Assembly (NCBI GenBank): GCA_964591795.1
Contig: CAZQEL010000011.1
Coordinates: 1 to 28,005, forward strand
DNA: 28,005 nucleotides
Reading direction: 5' to 3'
DNA from: an uncultured archaeon
GTDB lineage: Archaea > Iainarchaeota > Iainarchaeia > Iainarchaeales > CSSED10-239
A program made the position numbers and the translations under genes. The notes below the pieces were generated by a model. It ran no database searches. It had not been told where the DNA came from and worked only from the letters and a program-made list of their open reading frames with translations. This document shows positions 22,363 to 28,005 of the stretch, piece after piece; within the stretch, counting starts at the first letter, position 1; each line of letters begins with the position of its first letter.

Positions 22363-24276
22363 TTATTTAATTTCTTTTGTTTTAATTTCTTTGTTCATTG
22401 TTTCAATAAGATTAGATGTTTTCATTTCACCTAAGATTGTTTCATCTCTTGTTCTTACATTAATTGTGTTATTTTCTTGTTCTTTGTCTCCAACAACTAA
22501 TATATAGTTAATTTTATCAATTTGTGCTGATCTTATTTTTTTATTCATAGTTTCAGATTTGTCGTTAATAGTTATTCTAAAGCCAGCTTTTTTAAATTCT
22601 GTTTTTAGTTTTTTAGAATATTCATTATGTCTGTCAGCAATTGGTAAAATTATTATTTGCATTGGTGAGATCCATAGTGGAAATTTACCTGTGAAATGCT
22701 CAACTAAAATACCCATGAATCTTTCAACTGAACCAAGAATTGTTCTATGAAGCATGATTGGTCTTTTTTTAGTGTTATCATCAGCTTCGTAAGTTAAGTT
22801 AAACTTTTCTGGCATTTGAAAGTCAAGTTGGATAGTTCCACATTGCCATTTCCTACCAATAGCATCAGTTAAATGAAAATCTATTTTAGGACCATAGAAA
22901 GCACCGTCACCAGGATTAATTTTAAAATCCTTTTTCATATCTTCTAAAACTTCTTGTAATTTTTTTTCAGCATATTCCCAAACCTTAGGATCACCCATAG
23001 CTTTTTCTGGTTTTGTTGAAAGTTCTATTGAGTAACTAAAGTTAAATGTTTTATATACAACATCCATAAAATCAATTAAATCTTTAATTTCTTCTTTTAA
23101 TTGATCTTCAGTACAAAAAACATGGGCATCATCTTGAGTGAATGCACGTACTCTGAAAAGACCTGAAAGAACACCTGAAAGTTCATGTCTATGAACTAAA
23201 CCAAATTCACCTGCTCTTATTGGAAGATCTCTATATGAATATTGATGTGCCTTGTAGATTAATATATTACCAGGACAGTTCATTGGTTTAACTGCGTAGT
23301 CTTGATTATCTATTTTTGTAAAATACATATTTTCTTTATAGTGATCCCAGTGACCTGATTGAAGCCATAAAGTTTTGTTTAAAATTATTGGAGTTTTATT
23401 TACTTCATAGTTTCTTTCTTCCATAATTTCTGAAACAAAAGAAACTAATTTATTCCAAATGTATGTTCCTTTATCATGGAAAAAAGGCATACCTGGTGCT
23501 TCTTCTTGAAACGAATAAAGATCAAGTTCACGACCAATTTTACGATGATCTCTTTTTGCAATTTCTTCAAGTCTTATTAAGTATTTTTTCATTTCTTCAT
23601 TAGTTGTAAAAGAGATACCGTATATTCTCTTTAATTGTTTGTTTTTAGCGTCAGCTCTCCAATAAGCTCCTGATGTCTTAGTTACTTTAAATGATTTTAT
23701 TTTTCCAGAGTGTTTTAAGTGTGGTCCTCTGCATAGATCTTTAAAGTCACCAAGTGAGTAGAATGTTAACTTTTCATTTTCTTTGTTAAATTCTTCAATC
23801 ATTTCTAACTTATATGGATTATTTTTAAACATTTCTTTAGCTTCTTCATAAGTAAAATCATGTTTTATAAAAGGAAGTTTTTCTGAAATTATTTTTTTAG
23901 CTTCAATTTCAATTTTTTCAAAGTCTTCTTCTGTTATTGGATTTTTTAAATCTAAATCGTAATAAAAACCATTTTCGATAGCTGGACCGATAGTTAACTT
24001 TACATCTGGATATAATTTTTGTATAGCGTAAGCTAATATATGTGCTGAACTATGCCAAAGAACTTCCTTAATTTCAGCATCTTTTGAAGTTAATACTTTA
24101 AAATCACAATCATTCGTTATAGGAGTTGTTATATCTTTAATATCATTATTTATTTTTACAGCTAAAGCTACATTTAATAAACCTTCACCAATTTCTTCGC
24201 GTATTACGTTTTCTGCACTTTTTCCATATTCAACTTCTTTAATTGAACCATCTGGAAATGTTACTTTTATGTTCAT
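22363..24276 (-). CDS. thrS: Threonine--tRNA ligase, bacterial/eukaryal-type architecture (TGS + N2 editing + class II core + anticodon-binding)
   Basis: The TGS-like N-terminus is MNIKVTFPDGS. Editing motifs are WHSSAHILA (HxxxH) and CRGPHL (CxxxH). The class II core contains FHDKGT, RAGEFGLVHRHELSG and FTQDDAHVF. The C-terminal anticodon-binding domain contains ILPI...Y. SD GGAG lies upstream. Confidence 0.95.
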   Translation of the reverse strand: MNIKVTFPDGSIKEVEYGKSAENVIREEIGEGLLNVALAVKINNDIKDITTPITNDCDFKVLTSKDAEIKEVLWHSSAHILAYAIQKLYPDVKLTIGPAIENGFYYDLDLKNPITEEDFEKIEIEAKKIISEKLPFIKHDFTYEEAKEMFKNNPYKLEMIEEFNKENEKLTFYSLGDFKDLCRGPHLKHSGKIKSFKVTKTSGAYWRADAKNKQLKRIYGISFTTNEEMKKYLIRLEEIAKRDHRKIGRELDLYSFQEEAPGMPFFHDKGTYIWNKLVSFVSEIMEERNYEVNKTPIILNKTLWLQSGHWDHYKENMYFTKIDNQDYAVKPMNCPGNILIYKAHQYSYRDLPIRAGEFGLVHRHELSGVLSGLFRVRAFTQDDAHVFCTEDQLKEEIKDLIDFMDVVYKTFNFSYSIELSTKPEKAMGDPKVWEYAEKKLQEVLEDMKKDFKINPGDGAFYGPKIDFHLTDAIGRKWQCGTIQLDFQMPEKFNLTYEADDNTKKRPIMLHRTILGSVERFMGILVEHFTGKFPLWISPMQIIILPIADRHNEYSKKLKTEFKKAGFRITINDKSETMNKKIRSAQIDKINYILVVGDKEQENNTINVRTRDETILGEMKTSNLIETMNKEIKTKEIK

Positions 24277-24403
24277 TTTATTTCCAACTCCTTATGTTGT
24301 GATGTTTAGTTATATAATATAGTAAAGAAACTAATAAAAATAGTATACTTGTGTTGTATTTTAAATTATAAAAAAAAAGAAAAAAAGGGAAAAGATGTTT
24401 TAT

Positions 24404-25513
24404 TTATAAAATATCTAAACCGTAGTTATCATCGTAAGATCTTCCACTTTTGCTACCACCGTAGCTTTGTGGTGAGTCTTTTCCTCTGAACATTTTACTA
24501 CCCTTTATGAATGGTGATTTTACACCTGTAAAGATAGCAATAACTTCAATTTTGTTTTCAAAGGTTGGATCAATTCTTGCACCCCAGATAACTGCTGCAT
24601 TAGAATCTGTTTGATCTGTTAACATTTCACCAACAGCGTTTGCTTCACCAAGTGTTAATTCAGTTCCACCTGTTATGTGTATTAAACATCCTGTTGCACC
24701 TGTTATGTCAACATCTAATAATGCATTCTTTAATGTGTCTTCAACAACTTCTTCAACTTTATTTACTGATTGTGATTCACCAACAGCAATAACTGATAAT
24801 CCTTTTCCACCCATTACTGTTCTAATATCGGCGTAATCAAGATTAATTAATGAAGGTTGTGTAATTGTTTCTGTAATTCCTCTTACTGTTCTTGCAATTA
24901 CTTCATCAGCAACTCTGAAAGCATCTTGCATTGGAAGGTTTGGAACTAATTCAACAAGTCTATTGTTATCAATTACAACAACAGTGTCACAAATATCCTT
25001 TAAAAGGTCAATACCTTCTTCAGCTTTGATTAAACGTGCTCTTTCAAGTGCGAATGGGTAAGTTATAATACACATTACAATTGCACCTTGTTGTTTAGCT
25101 ATTTGAGCTACTACTGGAGCTGCACCTGTTCCTGTTCCACCACCCATACCGGCAGTAATAAAAAGCATATCAACACCATCTAGAATTTCTTCTAATGCTG
25201 CTTTTGAAACTTCAGCTGCTTTTGCACCTATTTCTGGGTAAGCACCTGCACCTAAACCATTTGTTACTGATTTTCCAATTAATAATTTTGTTATATCATC
25301 TGAAATAATACCTAAGTGTTGTCTATCTGTGTTAATTGCAACTAATTGTGCACCTGCAACACCCATAGCACTTATTCTATTTACTGAATTATTTCCTGCA
25401 CCACCAATTCCCATAACCATAATCTTTGGAGCTGCAAATTCACTTTCTTTTAGATCCATAGTTTCAGCATTTGCTGATTTATGATCTACTGCATTTTCAA
25501 CAATTGATCTCAT
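24404..25513 (-). CDS. ftsZ: Cell division GTPase FtsZ
   Basis: GIGGAGNN, the tubulin signature [13 protein letters not shown], and NLDYADI are present. The track start TTG 25534 lies upstream of the SD (aatGAGGTGtatctaATG), so I take ATG 25513 (MRSIVENAV). Confidence 0.95.
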   Translation of the reverse strand: MRSIVENAVDHKSANAETMDLKESEFAAPKIMVMGIGGAGNNSVNRISAMGVAGAQLVAINTDRQHLGIISDDITKLLIGKSVTNGLGAGAYPEIGAKAAEVSKAALEEILDGVDMLFITAGMGGGTGTGAAPVVAQIAKQQGAIVMCIITYPFALERARLIKAEEGIDLLKDICDTVVVIDNNRLVELVPNLPMQDAFRVADEVIARTVRGITETITQPSLINLDYADIRTVMGGKGLSVIAVGESQSVNKVEEVVEDTLKNALLDVDITGATGCLIHITGGTELTLGEANAVGEMLTDQTDSNAAVIWGARIDPTFENKIEVIAIFTGVKSPFIKGSKMFRGKDSPQSYGGSKSGRSYDDNYGLDIL

Positions 25514-25646
25514 TAGATACACCTCATTTATCAATAATATAAGCTTAATTTAAGCTTTTTTTTATAAAACAACCCATTAACACACTTTATATTAATATCT
25601 TGTGAAATAATACGTTATTTTTATATTATATATATTACCCAAAGTG

Positions 25647-25658
25647 TTTTTAAATATA
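25647..25658 (+). promoter_or_regulatory. TATA-box-like element upstream of the SRP RNA
   Basis: tttttaaatata is centred about 28 bp before the first GC-rich bases of the RNA (25681). In DNA this AT-rich the match is weak evidence. Confidence 0.35.
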
Positions 25659-25680
25659 TCGTTGCTTTTATTATTTGTAT

Positions 25681-25910
25681 AGGCTAACTGGGGGGTTTGT
25701 AGTCCTCTGTTACCGGAAATCTATATATGCCGGAGTGATTACTATTGGAAGGAAAATAAGCAAAAGAACTTTCTTTGTAAAATTGCTGATAGTTCGTCCA
25801 GTAAGAGCGAATGTCTTAGCTAACCCTGTGAGATCTGGAAGGAAGCAGCAGTATTCTAAGTGTTTGTTGCTTATTGGGGCGCGGACTTGAGATTTTATAA
25901 AGCTCTTTGT
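25681..25910 (+). ncRNA. ffs: Signal recognition particle RNA (archaeal 7S RNA); ends approximate
   Basis: The helix 8 core is gagatctGGAAggaagcagcag (25830-25851), the universally conserved GGAA tetraloop plus AGCA symmetric-loop motif. Flanking pairings are cttag (25815-19)/ctaag (25856-60) and aataagca (25756-63)/tgcttatt (25868-75). The 5' text gggggtttgtagtcctctgttaccgg is Alu-domain-like. It is a GC island and a T8 run sits at 25910-25917. Confidence 0.8.
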
Positions 25911-26575
25911 TTTTTTTAACTGTTTTTCGACTAATAGGTGCCTGTACATTTGATATTTTTCTATTTTTTTGTTATATTCTTATTTATTTTAGGTCATTAT
26001 TGTATTTTTAACTAATTAAACTACATAAATTTAGTTAACTTTTAAGGTTTAATTGAAATAGAGTGTATTTTAGACTTTATATGGATTTTTATGTGTATTA
26101 TTTAGGTTATAAATGTATTTTTAGTTATTTTTTATAATTTTTTATAGTTTTTGCTATATTTTCATATATATTGTATATATTTATACATATAGGTTATAAT
26201 TTTAATTTTGTTAAAGTTTATTTATTGTTTAATAATTTATAAATTATTAATTAGCCTTATTTGTTGGACATTATAAATTATATTTTATTATGTTTAATAT
26301 TTTTAAAGGAATTTTAATAAATAAACATGAATTTGTAGTTGATATTTTTGAAGAAGAAATAATATTAGATTTTAAATTTAAATATTTTATTAATTTGGTT
26401 ATTGCAAAATTAGTTTTAAAAAAATAGAGTGCTAAAAACATTAAAATAATTATGATAAAAATTATTAATTTATTTATATATTCTCGTCTTTAGTATATTT
26501 ATTTTTCGAAAATATATAATTTTATTATTATATCTTTAAAAACATTTATATCATTAGTTATATAGTGATTATAAT

Positions 26576-27580
26576 ATGTATGAAGATAGAATATTTAAGG
26601 AAATAAAAAAACTTAAACAAAAATTAACTGTTGAAAAAGATTCTCCATTAGCTATACAAATTCCAGAAGGACTTAAACAGTATACTACAAAACTTTTAGA
26701 CGAATTTAAAGATTATAAACCAATTCTTTTTGTAGATCCTTGCTTTGGAGCATGCGATATTAAAGATCAGGAAGCAATTAATTTTGGTTGTAAATCACTT
26801 GTTCATTTTGGTCATACCTATATGAATAAACCAATTATTAATATTTATTTTGTTCCAATTAGTTATATTTTTTCACTTGATGAAAAAAGATTTATAATTT
26901 CTGAAATTAAAAAGCTTGATTTAAAAAAAATAAATCTTGTTACTACAATTAATTTTTTAGAAGAAATTTTGGATATTAAAAAAGAACTTCTAAATTTAGG
27001 TGTAGAAGTTGTTGATGCAAAAGAAACTATGCATGTAAGAGCACATATGGTTCTTGGTTGTGATTCTTCAACAATTACAGATTTAACTTGTCCAATAATC
27101 TATATTGGAGATGGTTTATTTCACCCTAATAATTTAGGTTTTGTTTTTAAAAAAACAGATGTTTTTATAATAAACCCAATTTTAAGAAAAACACAAAAGT
27201 TAGATCTTAATGATAAATTTTTAAGACAGAGATATGGTCTTGTATCAAAAGCCTTAATTTCAAAAACCTTTGGAATACTAGTAAGTACAAAGCACGGTCA
27301 ATTTAGATTAAGATTTGCAAGAAATATTCAAGAAAGATTAGAAAAATTAGGTAAAACTACTTATATTTTAGCTTCTGATTATATTAAGGAAGAATATGTT
27401 CTAGGAATGAAGATTGATTGTTATGTTAATACTGCTTGTCCTAGGATAGGTTACGATGATTTTCAAAGTTTTAAAAAACCAATTATTACTCCTCAAGAAA
27501 TATATTTACTTGAAGATATGACTAAAGAGTTTAAGGTTGATCAAATAAAGGAATTGGAAAATTTTTATTTAAAAGATTAG
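26576..27580 (+). CDS. dph2: 2-(3-amino-3-carboxypropyl)histidine synthase Dph2 (diphthamide biosynthesis)
   Basis: QIPEGLK is present. The three cluster-ligand Cys contexts are DPCFGACDI, VLGCDS and NTACPRI. VHFGH and the length (~334 aa) match archaeal Dph2. Confidence 0.9.
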   Translation: MYEDRIFKEIKKLKQKLTVEKDSPLAIQIPEGLKQYTTKLLDEFKDYKPILFVDPCFGACDIKDQEAINFGCKSLVHFGHTYMNKPIINIYFVPISYIFSLDEKRFIISEIKKLDLKKINLVTTINFLEEILDIKKELLNLGVEVVDAKETMHVRAHMVLGCDSSTITDLTCPIIYIGDGLFHPNNLGFVFKKTDVFIINPILRKTQKLDLNDKFLRQRYGLVSKALISKTFGILVSTKHGQFRLRFARNIQERLEKLGKTTYILASDYIKEEYVLGMKIDCYVNTACPRIGYDDFQSFKKPIITPQEIYLLEDMTKEFKVDQIKELENFYLKD

Positions 27581-27635
27581 TTATTTTAAATATATAGTAA
27601 AAAAATAAAAAGTTAGAAAATTAAAAAAATCTTCT

Positions 27636-27917
27636 TTAATCGTGTTTACCTATTTCTTTATCTGTAAATAAATAATCTTTTAATTCTTTTGAAAAAGTAG
27701 GATCGTTTCTTCTTATCCATTCAATAAGCATTGCAGCGTGTTCTTTTTCTTCATCTCTGTTATGTTCTAATATTTTTTTAAGTTTTTCATCTTTAGTTGC
27801 ATCTGCTCTTTGTTGATAAAGATCAACTGCTTCCATTTCTTCTCTTAATGAGTCAATCGCTCTTTTTAAGTCAAGAGTTTTTTCAGATACTTTAGATGTT
27901 TCTTCATATGTTGTCAT
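27636..27917 (-). CDS. Encapsulated-ferritin-like (EncFtn family) ferritin-like protein, no obvious targeting peptide
   Basis: EEMEAVDLYQQRADATKDEKLKKILEHNRDEEKEHAAMLIEWIRRNDP..F...LKDYLFT matches the EncFtn core (E-x-x-A-V-D-x-Y, H-N-R-D-E-E-K-E-H-A-A-M) as I remember it. Confidence 0.8.
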   Translation of the reverse strand: MTTYEETSKVSEKTLDLKRAIDSLREEMEAVDLYQQRADATKDEKLKKILEHNRDEEKEHAAMLIEWIRRNDPTFSKELKDYLFTDKEIGKHD

Positions 27918-28005
27918 ATAATTTCTCTTTCAGATTATATTTATAATCTAGAGATTAAAAAAGAAAATAATAAACTTACATTACATATATTCTATTATGG
28001 CTTAA

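Noticed and set aside
1188-22750. Short antisense track ORFs nested inside longer genes: 1188-1421, 1836-2084, 3816-4031, 5507-5761, 8685-8972, 9378-9626, 12566-12781, 13043-13318, 14214-14429, 16299-16559, 16846-17304, 21580-21786 and 22559-22750.
   Set aside because: Each lies opposite a longer ORF with recognisable motifs or clear membrane/secreted topology. Their translations are low-complexity mirror images; for example, LLLLQ runs lie opposite the Lys/Ala tail of uL16. None has an SD or a recognisable motif. They are treated as shadow ORFs.
25675-25949. Track ORFs 25675-25890 (plus strand) and 25710-25949 (minus strand).
   Set aside because: They overlap the SRP RNA, whose GC-rich sequence lacks stop codons by composition. 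Neither shows a protein motif or an SD.
26290-26427. 45-codon ORF (MFNIFKGILINKHEFVVDIFEEEIILDFKFKYFINLVIAKLVLKK) inside the long spacer.
   Set aside because: It has no SD and no recognisable motif. A rough estimate suggests an open frame of this length can arise by chance once six frames of 0.6 kb of AT-rich DNA are considered. It is not called as a gene and would need conservation evidence.
27581-28005. An encapsulin nanocompartment operon around the EncFtn-like gene.
   Set aside because: There is no room for a shell gene downstream on the minus strand, because dph2 is convergent 55 bp away. Only 88 bp of window remain upstream. The question cannot be assessed here beyond the orphan observation.
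1-28005. CRISPR arrays, rRNA genes, IS elements and long inverted repeats.
   Set aside because: Scanning by eye found no regularly spaced direct repeats of 24-40 nt and no rRNA-like GC-rich blocks longer than the SRP RNA. No transposase-like ORFs were seen either. The AT-rich low-complexity repeats (tatata, aaattaaat) are compositional.

Overview
Very AT-rich archaeal chromosomal segment; GC-rich islands occur only at RNA genes. I did not compute GC content. Archaeal hallmarks are ribosomal protein uL16/L10e, Dph2, an SRP (7S) RNA, FtsZ, a pilin with a class III signal peptide, three tRNAs without encoded CCA, and GGTG-type Shine-Dalgarno motifs. Compact genes, many lysine-rich orphan proteins and degenerate metabolic genes suggest a small-genome, possibly episymbiotic DPANN-like archaeon; this taxonomic call is inference.

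Content from left to right:
- Type IV filament locus 1: two split FlaJ/TadBC-like platform genes, DUF192, and a pilin plus PKD-repeat/lectin adhesin.
- Housekeeping block: uL16, Trm11-like methyltransferase, ndk, two paralogous small membrane proteins, HAD hydrolase, SAM methyltransferase, PPC/DUF296, and a degenerate Prs-like protein.
- Filament locus 2: a secretion ATPase with an N-terminal poly-[4Fe-4S] ferredoxin module, plus two platform genes.
- DedA.
- An envelope cluster interleaved with tRNA-Asp, tRNA-Ser and tRNA-Leu: a secreted Cys-rich protein, a membrane-tethered wHTH regulator, and DUF4349.
- A DUF134/DUF5320 pair with duplicated palindromic operator-like sites.
- Two orphan basic proteins, one with a JAMM-like motif.
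- thrS, ftsZ and SRP RNA.
- A 0.6 kb repeat-bearing AT-rich spacer.
- dph2 and an orphan EncFtn-like ferritin.

No CRISPR array, transposase, integrase or rRNA was seen.

Best candidates for something undescribed:
1. The ferredoxin-fused pilus/secretion ATPase locus (11643-14880).
2. The pilin-adhesin gene split by one in-frame TAA (2221-4671).
3. The secreted protein plus membrane-anchored wHTH pair (15896-18369).
4. The JAMM-like orphan pair (20850-22336).

All family assignments come from reading motifs by eye; no searches were run.
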